Origin: Octopus vulgaris
Taxonomy: Eukaryota
Length of the DNA stretch: 64,000 bases
Assembly (NCBI GenBank): GCA_951406725.2
Contig: OX597814.1
Span: 142,972,001-143,036,000, forward strand
Reading direction: 5' to 3'
The notes beneath the pieces were generated by a model that did no database searches, was not told the origin of the DNA, and saw only the letters and a program-made list of their open reading frames with translations. The number at the start of each line of letters is the position of its first letter. Positions within the stretch are counted from its first letter, which is position 1. The position numbers and the translations under genes are program-made. Shown here one piece after another: positions 51,497 to 64,000 of the stretch.

Positions 51497-51928
51497 GGAT
51501 CTTTTCGGTTTGAACGGCAGTTTTTTCTAGCGGTGTCATATGAAATTGTCACCCATAATTATGACCCCTAGTATCGATCTATTGCATTTCAATCTGTTTT
51601 AGGATTAGGGTTAGTTAGGGTTAGGGGTGAGGGGAAGGCTATCTTTCTTTTCTTCACAAATGTAAATAAACCCAATCTGTTTCTTAAACGAGGGACATAT
51701 TCATATGGCACAGAATATTTTTTAACTCAATAGACGTCATTGATTGGTTGAAATTGCAGAAATTGAAGAAAAAAACAACAACAAATATCTTACAAATTAT
51801 AGAATTTTCTCAATAAAGCCAAGAGAAAAAGATGTTTTATAAACAAATTCTACCAGTATACGAAGTTTAAAAGTGTTTAGTTACGTGAAAATTATTTTAA
51901 AAAACTGCCGTTCAAACCGAAAAGATCC
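51497..51928. mobile_element. MITE with perfect 30-bp TIRs and 8-bp TSD (Merlin- or MULE-like)
   Basis: TIR GGATCTTTTCGGTTTGAACGGCAGTTTTTT; TSD TTTATTTC at 51489-51496 and 51929-51936; inserted in an old SINE B. Confidence 0.92.
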
Positions 51929-52765
51929 TTTATTTCTGCTCTTTGCTTTTTAAGCTCAAATCTCGCGGAGGTTAGCTTTGCTTTCATTTTTCTGGGACTG
52001 GTAAATAAAACACCAATTTAGGTAAGCGGATTAACGGAATCGTGAAAGTGCCAAATGTGACGCCTTTTGGTGTTTCTTCGGATATTTGAATTCTGAGTTC
52101 AATTGTTATTGGGTGGTAGATTTGATTCCCGACCTTGGGGGACTCAAAAATTCGGATTGACTTAATAACCGGCTTATATATATTTTACAAACCATAAAGC
52201 ACCATATATTAGAACTTTTGTTGACATTCTGGTATTACTGGTATTTCCATGTTACTGTTTGATAGCCGACGACAACGGTAAGGATGGGAGTTAGTGTCAC
52301 GTGACTTTAAGAGCAGCCGACATATTGTTATAGTATGTAAAATTTTTCAGTTGTCTATTACTAAACATGAAAATTAAGAAACCCTACCACAAACAATCAT
52401 TTTAACTTTCTTCCCAAACTTGTTTTCCTTTTCAATTCAAAGGAATCATTGAATTATTAACAATTACCGAATCTAAACAACTTATAGACACTACACTATT
52501 TCTAAACAAGTACATCATATTTACAATGCTTGGACCATCTCATCGAAGGGAACGTTACTCAAATGTATGTGGAAAGCCTTTATTTTTTGTTCAGTTATGC
52601 GTTCTATGAAACAACAAAAATGGAAGAACCCAGTCAAAAAAGGCAACGGAGATTAGCACAAGAAAGAAAATTAAATCAGAGACAACGAAAATTTGATCAT
52701 TTTCAATTGTAAATATTGTTTGTATGCCACATTTCCTGATATTACAACTGATGGCAAGCCAAAAG

Positions 52766-52807
<42 letters not shown>

Positions 52808-53460
52808 CACCAAGTAAGTTAGGGGTTGTGGATCCAACTCACTAAGTGATAATACTTATCCAATATACTGTTGGTATACTACCCAAATTATTAATACACA
52901 AGTGTTTTTAATTGCAATGCAATAAAGTGAAGGTAAAGAAATGTTTTACCATTAATTTAAATTACAAATAAGAAAATGGAGAAACATATTAGTTGGTTTA
53001 TATATAAACCAACTAATGTGGTTTATATATAAAGATATATATAAAGATATAGAGAAGGGGAGAAGAGCAGTTAAAAAAAGCAAACTCCATGCGTGTTGAA
53101 TGGCCGTTGTTTTTAAATAAAACAAGGGTATTTCTCCTTGGTACGAAAATGGTGTAAGGCGAGCGAGATAAATGAAGTCTATCCTCAGGTCAGCGTGGTT
53201 AATACAAAACTAGTTTCACGTTTAATGTACAAACTAAATAAATCAATTTAAAAAGTAATCTAAATAAAATAAGTACATACCACACTCTTCATTTGTATAC
53301 TTCGTATTTTTTGAAAAAATCTGCATAACTTTAAGATATATTTACCTTCAGTTATTCACATCAAATCTTAATTCAAGGTATACAATATTTTAAAATAGTA
53401 AAAGAGGGAAAAGTCATCCTTCTTCGTTCATATTCGAACACGCTTCTAACCGGTGGCTGG

Positions 53461-53507
<47 letters not shown>

Positions 53508-53509
<2 letters not shown>

Positions 53510-53907
53510 CTTGTTTCAGTCATTTAACTGCAGCCATACTGGAGCACCACCTTGAAAGGTTTTAGCCGAAGAAATCTGCTCCAGGACTTATATTTTAAGC
53601 CTTGTACTTATTCTATCAGTCTCTTTTACTGAACCGCTAACTTACGGGGACGTAAACAAACTGGCATTGGTTGTCAAGCGGTGATGGGGGTACAAACACA
53701 GATACACACAAACATATAGACACAAACACCCCCCCCCCCCCGCACAACAGGCTTTTATCAGTTTCTGTCTACCAAATTCACTCACAAGGTTTTGGGCGGC
53801 TCGAAACTATAGTAGGAGACTCTTGCCTAAAGTGCCAGGCAGTGGGACTGAACCCGGAACCATATGGGTGGGAAGTAAGCTTCTTACTACGCAGCCACGG
53901 CAACGCC
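53508..53907 (-). mobile_element. SINE family A
   Basis: Homologous to 22834-23275. Confidence 0.85.
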
Positions 53908-53927
53908 ATTGATATATTATTTTTGTA

Positions 53928-54294
53928 TACTTTTACTTGTTTCAGTCATTTGACTGCGGCCATGCTGGAGCACCGCCTTTAGTCGAAAAAATTGATCCCG
54001 GGATTTATATTTGTAAGCCTAGTACTTATTCTCTCGGTCTCTTTACCGAACTGAAAAAATACGGAGATATAGATAGACCAGCATCGGTTGTCAAGCGATG
54101 TTGGGGGCTCAAACACAGACACACAAACATATATGTATACGACGGGCTTCTTTCAGTTTCCGTCTACCAAATCCACTCACAAGGCCTTGGTCGGCCCGTG
54201 GCTACAGTCGAAGACACTTACCCACGCACTGAGATTGAACCCGGAACCATGTGGTTGGTAAGCAAGCTATTTACCGCACACCCACTCCTGCGCC
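53928..54294 (-). mobile_element. SINE family A
   Basis: Homologous to 22834-23275; followed by a SINE B head fragment at 54300-54391. Confidence 0.88.
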
Positions 54295-54390
54295 TATATT
54301 AAAGGCAAAGCTGACCTCGGCGGAGTTTGAACTCAGAACGTAAAGACAGACACATTTTGCCCGGCGCGCTAACGTTTCTGCCAGCTCACC

Positions 54391-54503
<113 letters not shown>

Positions 54504-54982
54504 CACACACACACACATATTTACATATATATATATATATATTTGTGTGTGTGGGTGTATCTTTGCGTGGGCGTGTGTGTGAAAGAATTTAATTTTCACA
54601 TCAAAAGTATTCTATAACTTTAATCGAATAGAAGTAAAAACATCGATAAGTAATTATTTTCTGCACATTGATAATTACGACGACGTTAAAAGATTACAGG
54701 CCTGTCATAATTGCCAATAATTTCAAATGTGTCCCTGTTAATGTATATTTTAAGTAGAGATTAAATTTATTCTATATTTGCTGCGTGACGAACCAACGAA
54801 GGATCACCTAGAAATAGCAGCCAAATATCACTCAAATTCTCTTGTTTTATCGACTTCAACAAGTGAGGCTTATTGGATAACGTGTTCCTATAAATTACAC
54901 TAAAAGAACTGGATAGTGACGGTTGAAATGCTTTTGAGAAGAGGTTTGCTCTTTCACTCCTGACATCGAGCTAACCAAATCC

Positions 54983-55195
54983 TTTTCTACCCTAGAAACA
55001 AGGCCCGAAATTTTGGGGGAGGGGACCAGTCGATTAGATTGACACCAGTAAACAGCTGGTACTTAATTTATCGACCCCGAAAGAATGAAAAGCAAATTCG
55101 ACCTCGACGGAATTTGAACTCAGAACATAAAGACAGATGAAATGCCGTTAATTATTTTCGCCCGGCGTGCTAACGCTTCTACCAGCTCGCCGCCT
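54983..55195 (-). mobile_element. SINE family B, alternative tail
   Basis: Tail CCCCTCCCCCAAAATTTCGGGCCTTGTTTCTAG; TAACCAAAT on both flanks. Confidence 0.85.
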
Positions 55196-55214
55196 TCGGG
55201 TTAACCAAATTCCA

Positions 55215-56050
55215 GCCCCACCACCGCCGCCCCCGCCGTCGCTGCCACCACCACCATCGTCACCCCACCTCCACTACCGTCACCGCCGCCGCCACTACAA
55301 TCACCAGAACAGTAATAATAATAACAATTAGGCCATCAACTACAACTACTGCCAATACCACAATCACCACCACCACCACCACCACAACAACAACCACAAC
55401 TATCGTTACAACAACACGTATTACCATCATCACCAAGATGATCATGATAATGGTGATGATAATGTCGACCATGATAATCATCATCATCATCATCATTACT
55501 GCTACCACCACTAATGCTGCGATATCAACCGCCACAAGGAGCACCGCCACCACCACCACCACCACCACTAACATCACCACCATAACCACCACTACTACCA
55601 CCACCACGACTACAACCACCACCACAATCACCATTGCCATCATCATGGCCACAACTACCACCCCCACTAATACCATAACCACCAATATCACAACCCCCAC
55701 TAGCACTACATCACAATCACAACTGCAGTCACCATTGCCGCCAGTACCACCACCTACAGAACAACCACCGCTACTACGACCACCACCGCCACCACAACCA
55801 TCATCTCTACAACCACAATAACTATGGATACCATCAGCAGCACTACCGATAACACATTTACAACCACCACCGCCATCACAACCACCACAACCCCCGCCAC
55901 CACCACAACCACCGCCACCACCATCACCACCACGACTACCACCACCGCAAGAACCATCGCTATCAGCGGTGTCCACCACTAACGTCTCAACCAGAACAAC
56001 CATCGACATTAGGGGTCTCAACACCATTGTCAAACCACCGTCACGACCAT
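55215..56050. repeat. Degenerate (ACC/ATC/ACA)n trinucleotide tract
   Basis: Seen directly. Confidence 0.9.
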
Positions 56051-56494
56051 TACTTGTTGGTCGCGAGACATGAGTATATGCACACACACACATACACAAA
56101 CAGAAACACATACATACATACATACATACATACATACATACATACATACATACATACATACATACATACATACATACATACATACATGGTCTGCAATTGT
56201 ATTTGTATTCGTATTCATATGTTATGAACAGTAAAGTGTCTTAGATACGCCATCTTAATTTCAGTCCTCTTGTCATTAATGGCTGCTGGCAATCCTTCAA
56301 ATATTCACACTGTTGTTCTACTTCTTTTGTGTTTCATGTTCTTCTTTCAGAGTCTCATTCTTACCTCTTGAGTTTTTGCTATTCATTTGATTTCCTACTT
56401 CTTCGAGATCTCTTCCTTCCCTTCCACATATACAACACACCTTCTAATCCTCCTATCCTTCTATTTTCTCCATTCTATCTCTATGTTGGTGTGG

Positions 56495-56555
<61 letters not shown>

Positions 56556-56596
56556 TTGATAGATAGATAGATAGAAGATAGATAGATAGATAGATA

Positions 56597-56797
56597 TGTT
56601 TCTTTATTACCACACCGGGCTGCACACAGATAGAACAAATTACAAGGTAGAGCTTTTCTTTTGAAGGGTTAGAAAAAAAAAAAAAAAAAAAGGAAGGGCG
56701 GAGTTTCGATCAAAGGGATCGTAAAAGGAGAGAAAGAGGACAAAAAAGGGGGTTAAAAAAAGGGGGGAGGAAAAAAATTGATCAATAGGGATCGTTA
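56597..56797 (-). mobile_element. Short 3'-end copy of the Tx1-clade LINE
   Basis: Closely matches 57217-57428, with the same 3' junction into (TATC)n. Confidence 0.85.
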
Positions 56798-56894
56798 CAG
56801 AGAGAGGGAGAAATAAATAAATAAACTGACAGATAGACAGGCCGATAGAAAGAGTAAGAGATAAGGTCGATAGATAAGATATGATAAAATAGAG

Positions 56895-56925
<31 letters not shown>

Positions 56926-57090
56926 AATAGATAGATAATAGATAGATAGATAGATAGATAGACAGACAGAGAGATAGATAGATAGATAGATAGATAGATA
57001 TATAGATAGATAGATAGACAGACAGAGAGATAGATAGATAGATAGATAGAGAGATAGGTAGATAGATAGATAGATAGATAGGTAGGTAGA

Positions 57091-57216
<126 letters not shown>

Positions 57217-57287
57217 TGTTTCTTTATTAGCCACACAGGGCTGCACACAGATAGAACAAATTACAAGGTAGAGCTTTTCTTTTGAAT

Positions 57288-57322
<35 letters not shown>

Positions 57323-57381
57323 GGGGGAGTTTCGATCAAAAGGGATCGTAAAAGAGAGAAGGAGGACAAAAAAAAGGGGGG

Positions 57382-57414
<33 letters not shown>

Positions 57415-58422
57415 CAATAGGGATCGTTATCACAGAAATGTCAATATGAAGTGTAAAGGGAGGACAGGTGAGGTTTACCCGTGGAAAGAAAAGCCTACGG
57501 AAAAGACCACGGTAACCTCGGTCAATGAAGTCACATTTTATATTTCTTTTTTTTTTTTTTTTTTTTTGCAAATAAGCAACTCTCTGTTTTCGATTTCTGG
57601 GTTCATAGGACTATGCTCAAGGTGGCTTCGTCATTCATACGTGCCATTCTTGCTACATTCACCCATCTTTTTTAAAACATTCGCTAGACAAAACTTGCCC
57701 TCTACTCTCACTTTCCTTTTCAAGTGGTACTTGAAGAAGTTGATGAGAGATTGACCAGAGAGGAAAGTGTTTGTCTCAATCCTTTCAGACGCGTCCACCA
57801 GATACATTCTTTCGCCATAGCCACAAGGATGATGAAAATAGCTCTTCCTTCCCGTTTGAAGGAAGGAGGCGTGACAATATTGACGATAGACTCAGCTGAT
57901 AAACCGACTCGTCCCACACGTGACAGCAGTTGTTCGACATAAGCCCACAGGTCGGAAATTGTTGGACACTGAACGAGTGCGTGCAGAACGGTTTCGTCGC
58001 TCTGACCGCATCTCGGGCAGGTCGGCCCCGTGTTTCTCGAGCCGTGTCTGTAGAGCTTATCCCGAACGGGTAGCGCTTCTCGGTAGCACTGCCAGGCCAG
58101 GGATCTCTGGAGTTGTCCATGGGCCCTGGCCCGAAAGTCGTCCTGAACAGGCGGGTCAGGTACTCCTCGTCGACGTCCAGGTTCGCCCCGAGCTCGTCGT
58201 CGTACCTCCCTCCACTAAACCCCTATAGAATGCTTTGGTTGTGTTGAAGTCACTTAAGGTCGACCCAGGACGGCAGAGTTGCTTGAGAGCAACGCGACAC
58301 TCGCGGTGCCATTCGCCCTTCCTCGGCCTCTTTTTGATCCACGACTGCAGTTCGGTCATGGAGACGAGCTGCGGGAAAGCGTGCCTCACAAACGGCGACC
58401 ACACCTGTTCACCGTCGTCTAC

Positions 58423-58423
<1 letters not shown>
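57217..58423 (-). mobile_element. 5'-truncated Tx1/L1-clade LINE (ORF2 C-terminus with CCHC/zf-RVT, plus 3' UTR)
   Basis: SLAWQCYREALPVRDKLY..CPRCGQSDETVLHALVQCP..AKECIWWTR..FFKYHLKRK; stop near 57603; about three frameshifts; (GATA)n on both flanks. Confidence 0.9.
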
Positions 58424-58460
<37 letters not shown>

Positions 58461-58465
58461 TACAA

Positions 58466-58504
<39 letters not shown>

Positions 58505-58508
58505 CATA

Positions 58509-59359
58509 CTAGCTGACGTACCCGGTAATTCCCGAGAAAGCGGGGCTTATCCCTTAGTTCCGTTCTCATAATTGTTTAGCTAATCCAATAACAACAATAC
58601 AAAGCATGTAGCCCTTAAAACGGTTTTTGTGCATTTACAGAGAATACCGAACTGTCTTACACAGGATCTTGTTTTTAGGAATTTCCAATATGTTATGTAT
58701 ACTCAAATTGTGAAGTCAGTTATGTAATAACATGAAATTAGTTACCCGATAGTAAGAATTCAAATAAAGTAACTCCCGAAAAGGGCTTTAGTGCGTTCCT
58801 TGAGTATATAGAACATAGGAGGAAATACTAATAAGGTATGCATACATAAATCATGAAGCATGTTAAGTAATAACAGGCTAATCAGATATGAGATAATAAC
58901 GATTCAAAGTAAATAACTTTGAAAAGGGATTTTGTGTGTTCTCAGAGAATATTACCCTCAAGGGCGCTAGTGTTGGTATATTCGTGAATAAGTCACTAAC
59001 CGAAGTAAGTGGATCTATCGTTTAGGAAAATACCATTTACTTGTTTAAGAGCTGTACTGGAGAAATTGCGAAAATAACTCTAACAGTTCAAATACTAAGA
59101 AATAAGCATACTCAATTTCATTTTTACCTAATAATTTAGGAAAATGAATGTGTTATTTCTCTTGGCTATATATATAAGGAGCCCTTCCAGGGGCCCTATT
59201 ATCGATTTTTTTTCAACAATCTGAGTATACCATGAGGTTTCCAGACATGAGCCCTACTCACGTGTTAAGTTTAATCAAAATCGATAAAACAATGCAGGAG
59301 GAGTTAACTAACAACTCCACAAACACACCCACAAACAGAATTTCTTACATATGTAGTAA

Positions 59360-59360
<1 letters not shown>
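58509..59360 (-). mobile_element. Non-autonomous Helitron, older
   Basis: A|CTAGCTGACGTACCCGGTAATTCCCG 3' end; the other end resembles the other Helitrons (AAGTTTAATCAAAATCG..ACAAAC). Confidence 0.7.
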
Positions 59361-59436
<76 letters not shown>

Positions 59437-59783
59437 CTACGTTTGTATATATATATATATATATATATATACAGTTAATAGTTATGCGTGTATGTATATA
59501 TTCAAATTTTATTAGAATCAGATGTATAATATAAACATTATCAAATTTAGACGAAAACGAATCGCCCCGGAAGTGAATAAGGTCGACAAATATCGCTTTT
59601 TCGCAGTTAGTTCTGCTCATTGGTGCCGTGTACTCCATTCATCCTCGAAATGAATGCGTATCACCGACCCGAAGTATATACAAATAGCGTAAAATCTATT
59701 TGCTAGTGTGAAAAAGTGTCGCACAACTAAAACAAAATTCTAATTTTTTGTTAGAAGTAGCTCCATATTATAAACATTAACAA

Positions 59784-59900
59784 GCCTGTCACATGAGACG
59801 TTGGAATGAGTACGACGGAGAAGAGTATCAACGTCTCATGTGGCAGGCCTGATAATTGCTGAGAATTCTCGGCATGAAACTAATGACAATCTTGTCAACC
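59784..59900 (+). mobile_element. Foldback hammerhead-like family, partial copy
   Basis: Hairpin 59784-59803/59829-59848, then CTGATAA-T-TGCTGAGA-AT-TCTCGGCA-T-GAAAC. Confidence 0.7.
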
Positions 59901-59979
59901 AACAAAAAAGTGTGTGTCTGTGTGTGTGTGCTTATATTTCTGATTGTTCAACCAGCCATCCATCCAGCCTTTTAGCCCT

Positions 59980-60405
<426 letters not shown>

Positions 60406-60702
60406 TGTCTGTCTGCCTCTCTCTCTATCAATCTATCTATTTGTCTATCTATCAATCTACTTACCTACCAATCAGTTTGTCTATTTCTCTCCGTGTCCAG
60501 TCATTTATCTTGCTAGCAAGATAACTCTCTTGCTATTTATATAAATTCTCACTGGAATTTCTCACTCAATTACTTTCTCTGTAAAACTCATTTTCGATCT
60601 CTTTATGCTTCCTATTAATCTCTTTTGTTCTCTCCTGCTCACAATTTTCCTTTATTCTTTCACAATTTACACACTCCTCTTTATTTTTTCTCCCTCCCCT
60701 CT

Positions 60703-60760
<58 letters not shown>

Positions 60761-60832
60761 GCTATCTTTTCTTTCCTTCACTATCCCTTTCTCAATTTTA
60801 CAAATCATTTCCTGTAACTATCTCAAACTATT

Positions 60833-61235
60833 AGAATATTGACGTTTTCTAGCAATGCCATTTTCAGAACTTCCCATATGGAAGATCTTAGCTTGCAGTT
60901 CTTTGACATTACCTTCTCTACATCCTATTTCAGTGTTCCAACTGTACCTATAATTACCACCAAAACTATTCTTGTGTCCACATTCCACATTCTAGATATA
61001 TGTATTTCCAGGTCTGTGTTTGATTATTTATTCAATCTCTTTTTACTACAATGTTGTCTGTTGGATAATATTGTTTGTCAGACAATCTAAATGCACAACA
61101 CCTCACAACCTAGTCCTTTATTATGAAATCAGAACAGTTTGTTCCTATCGTCTAATTTCTATGCATTTATATGTCTCAAAGAATCGCACCGTTTTCGTTC
61201 TCTACAACTGTCTGTAGAGTCAGTTCATACAATTT
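60833..61235 (-). pseudogene. R4/Dong-clade LINE, restriction-like endonuclease C-terminus, decayed
   Basis: LYELTLQTVVENENGAI, DLEIHISRMWNVDTRIVLVVIIGTVG, VLKMALLENVNIL. Confidence 0.8.
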
Positions 61236-61905
61236 CTATGCGTCTTTATTTCTTTAGATATTTCTTTAAATATTCTCCTAATTATCTCAGCCGTCGGTTT
61301 TCTTTTCAGTGATTCTGTAATTTGTTGCAATTTGGTTTATATAGTGAGTTCTGGAATTGTCCCTCGAGAGATTTACATTACCATGTTGTGTTTATTTTTC
61401 CTGAATATTAATTAAATCGTAAATTAAAGGCCCTACCGCCATGAGAAAGATATTACATAATAATTTTTATAACCATATTTAACATTTATTTATAAAACAG
61501 AAAATCTGAGACTCGGTGTCTATATCGAAAAGTAGTTAAATTTTTAAAAATAAAATGTATATCTAAAAAGTGATCCTGTTAACAGAGGCAAACAATGTAA
61601 CGCAAGGTGGCATATCTTCACCTTGTAAATGTATCTAAACGATAAACGGGAATATCCTACGATATTTTCCATTGGCAAATAAATTGTCAACGCGACTCAC
61701 AGTCAAATCACTGTACCACAGTGAATTAGCAACTTGGAATTAGCAAGAGAGAGAGAGAGAGGACTGACTTCAAACTGTCATTAAATTGATCGACCCCCAA
61801 AATAAGGTTGGAAATTGATATCGGCAGGATTAGAACTCGGGTAGAATTGAATCAAAATTAATACTGCAGGGTAATTCGGACACACACATATATACAGAAT
61901 GTATT

Positions 61906-61937
<32 letters not shown>

Positions 61938-61940
61938 AAA

Positions 61941-61979
<39 letters not shown>

Positions 61980-62003
61980 GAATACAGAATATATATATGT
62001 ATG

Positions 62004-62065
<62 letters not shown>

Positions 62066-62389
62066 AAAAAAGCAACAAGAATGGATCAAATTATCGGTAC
62101 AATTGTTTCGTACGAGGACATCTTTAATAAGCTACAAAAATTGCAGTAAATGTAGGTGGCTCGTACTCATCAGCCGAAAAAAACATCAGAGATTCCCAAA
62201 CATCAAAAGGGGTAGATACAAATGAGGGTGTGAGTTTAACTGCATTGAAGAAAGTTCGATTCCTGGAGATCCGATGAAAGGTCTTGAACTTATAGAATAT
62301 GTGCTTGTCCATATATAGTTCATAGTGAAATGTTAATCAAGCTATGTGAAGAAATTTTGGATACAATCGTGCGAAATTTCTGAGAACTG

Positions 62390-62511
62390 ATGTATTATAA
62401 TCCGAGTAAGAAGCAAAGTGACAGTCTTTTCGTGTAGAGGAACAGATTGTTATTGAAATTTACAAGAATTGTAAGACTGTCACTTTGCTTCTTACTCGGA
62501 TTATAATACAT
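62390..62511. repeat. Perfect 39-bp inverted repeat with a 44-bp spacer, within a probable mariner remnant (~62113-62640)
   Basis: 62390-62428 is the reverse complement of 62473-62511; the arm encodes MYYNPSKKQS (cf. mariner YYDPETKRQS). Confidence 0.85.
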
Positions 62512-62756
62512 ATATGTATGTACATACATATATTCTGGCGTTTTGCTGAAATTTTTCTTGAGAACACACTTTTCGTGGCAAGGCGATTTGACGTCTGTCT
62601 TTAGCATATTAGGAGTCGAGCTTGGTGGTCATTCCTCTAATTTTGTACGTAATGTAATTTTTCATCTTTAGAATTTTTTAAATATGCTAACCCACTGGTT
62701 TTAATTTATTAAGATCAATTTCTACCCTCATTATTTAATTTATATATATATATATA

Positions 62757-63102
62757 GGCGTAGGAGTGGTAAGTAGCTTGCTTTCCAACCACATGGTTCC
62801 GGGTTCAGTCCCACTGCGTGGCACCTTGTGAGTGGATTTGGAAGACGGAAACTGAAAGAAGCCCGTCGTATATATGTATATCTATATGTGTGTGTGTGTA
62901 TGTTTGTGTGTCTGTGTTTGTCCTCCCCACCATCGCTTGACAACCGATGCTGGTGTGTTTACGTCCCCGTAACTTAGAGGTTCGGCAAAAGAGACCGATA
63001 GAATAAGTACTAGGCTTACAAAGAATAAGTCCTCGGGTCGATTTGCTCGACTAAAGGCGGAGCTCCAGGATGGCCACGGTCAAATGACTGAAACAAGTAA
63101 AA
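62757..63102 (+). mobile_element. SINE family A
   Basis: Homologous to 22834-23275, with an internal deletion. Confidence 0.9.
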
Positions 63103-63129
63103 TAGCATATATATATACATATATATAAC

Positions 63130-63790
63130 TTAGATATGTTTGGAGCAAAGATTAGCCTTGGGCAAATCTAACTTAACAGTACCACCTCATAGGATCTGTT
63201 TATTATTTTAAATCAAAATATTGTGATATCATGGCCCATTCATGTTGATGGTTATAAAATTGTGTAACATGTTGTGGACGGTACATTTATAAATTACGTC
63301 AGACCTTCTGCAACAGGTTTGTAGAGAGCAGATGGTCCCAAGGTGGCAGTCACATGGTAGTACGTTGTTGGGATTATTCTCAGGAATGGAGGAGGTAACA
63401 CTGTCTAAGGAGAGGTTAGAGTTTGGGGTAGATTGGTCTATGTTATTACCATTATTATTACTACCATTATTACTATTTCTATCATTGTTATTTATCCTAT
63501 CTGTAATAATGGTGAAAATTGGGGAAGTAGTATTCTGGTTAGTGTTAAAGAGATTGGTTGGGTTTTCGTCGTGATCTAAAGTATGGGGTTCGATTTTGGA
63601 GCTATGTATATGTTGGGCTCCCGTGTATTCAGAGTTGTTACGGTGTAAGTTTTGATAATAGAGAGAAAGTTTTCGTTTATTAGAGGCTGTTATGATAGAT
63701 TCAAAATTGGGTAGGGAGACGCAGGATAGCTTTAAGGTGGATCTATTAAAGATAGAGTAATATGTATGTTGACGAGGGAAGTTGGAGTCT
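63130..63790 (-). pseudogene. Penelope-like element ORF remnant (RT thumb/linker and start of GIY-YIG)
   Basis: DSNFPRQHTYYSIFNRSTLKLSCVSLPNFESII and CDCHLGTICSLQTCCRRSDVIYKCTV. Confidence 0.8.
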
Positions 63791-63839
<49 letters not shown>

Positions 63840-64000
63840 AGCGTGTTTTCAAATCAAGATGTCTGAGGAAGTGAACGAACCAAAATATTATCTTAGTTCG
63901 AACCAAAATTTCAGGCCTTGTGCCTTTAGTAGAAAGGATTGCTGAGGTGGCGTGCTAACAGAAACGTTAAGTTTACCGGGCAAAAGGCTTAGAAGCATTT

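Noticed and set aside
51599-51627. Interstitial telomere or chromosome fusion site
   Set aside because: Only a few TTAGGG units, and they lie inside a TIR element.
55260-56183. 307-aa Val/Gly-rich ORF and the opposite Thr/Pro-rich mucin-like ORF
   Set aside because: Degenerate trinucleotide tract that begins in a (TATG)n repeat; no domain or splice evidence.
57720-58569. GC-rich ORF cluster as a host gene or CpG-island promoter
   Set aside because: Fully explained by the frameshifted Tx1-clade ORF2 on the minus strand.

Overview
AT-rich eukaryotic DNA, intronic or intergenic, saturated with microsatellites and interspersed repeats. The SINE repertoire and repeat style point to a cephalopod (Octopus-like) genome; this is inference from recalled repeat families, not a database result. 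I can support no intact host gene. The long ORFs in the track are almost all microsatellite artefacts. The window holds: three or four tRNA-derived SINE families (called A, B, C/C2 here), mariner MITEs, decayed Tigger/pogo and maT (DD37D-like) transposases, four non-autonomous Helitrons plus a decayed Helitron Rep, and fragments of RTE, Tx1/L1-clade, R4/Dong, Gypsy and Penelope-like (PLE) retroelements. The most interesting signals are: (1) about ten hammerhead-ribozyme-like motifs of PLE type, several inside foldback/palindromic elements and sharing non-canonical cores; (2) a Tx1-clade LINE 3' end whose tail matches the tail of SINE B, suggesting a SINE-LINE partnership; (3) a Tx1 element inserted twice into a (GATA)n tract with the same 3' junction; (4) several local inverted, templated duplications. 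All alignments and translations were done by eye, so boundaries of old elements are approximate.
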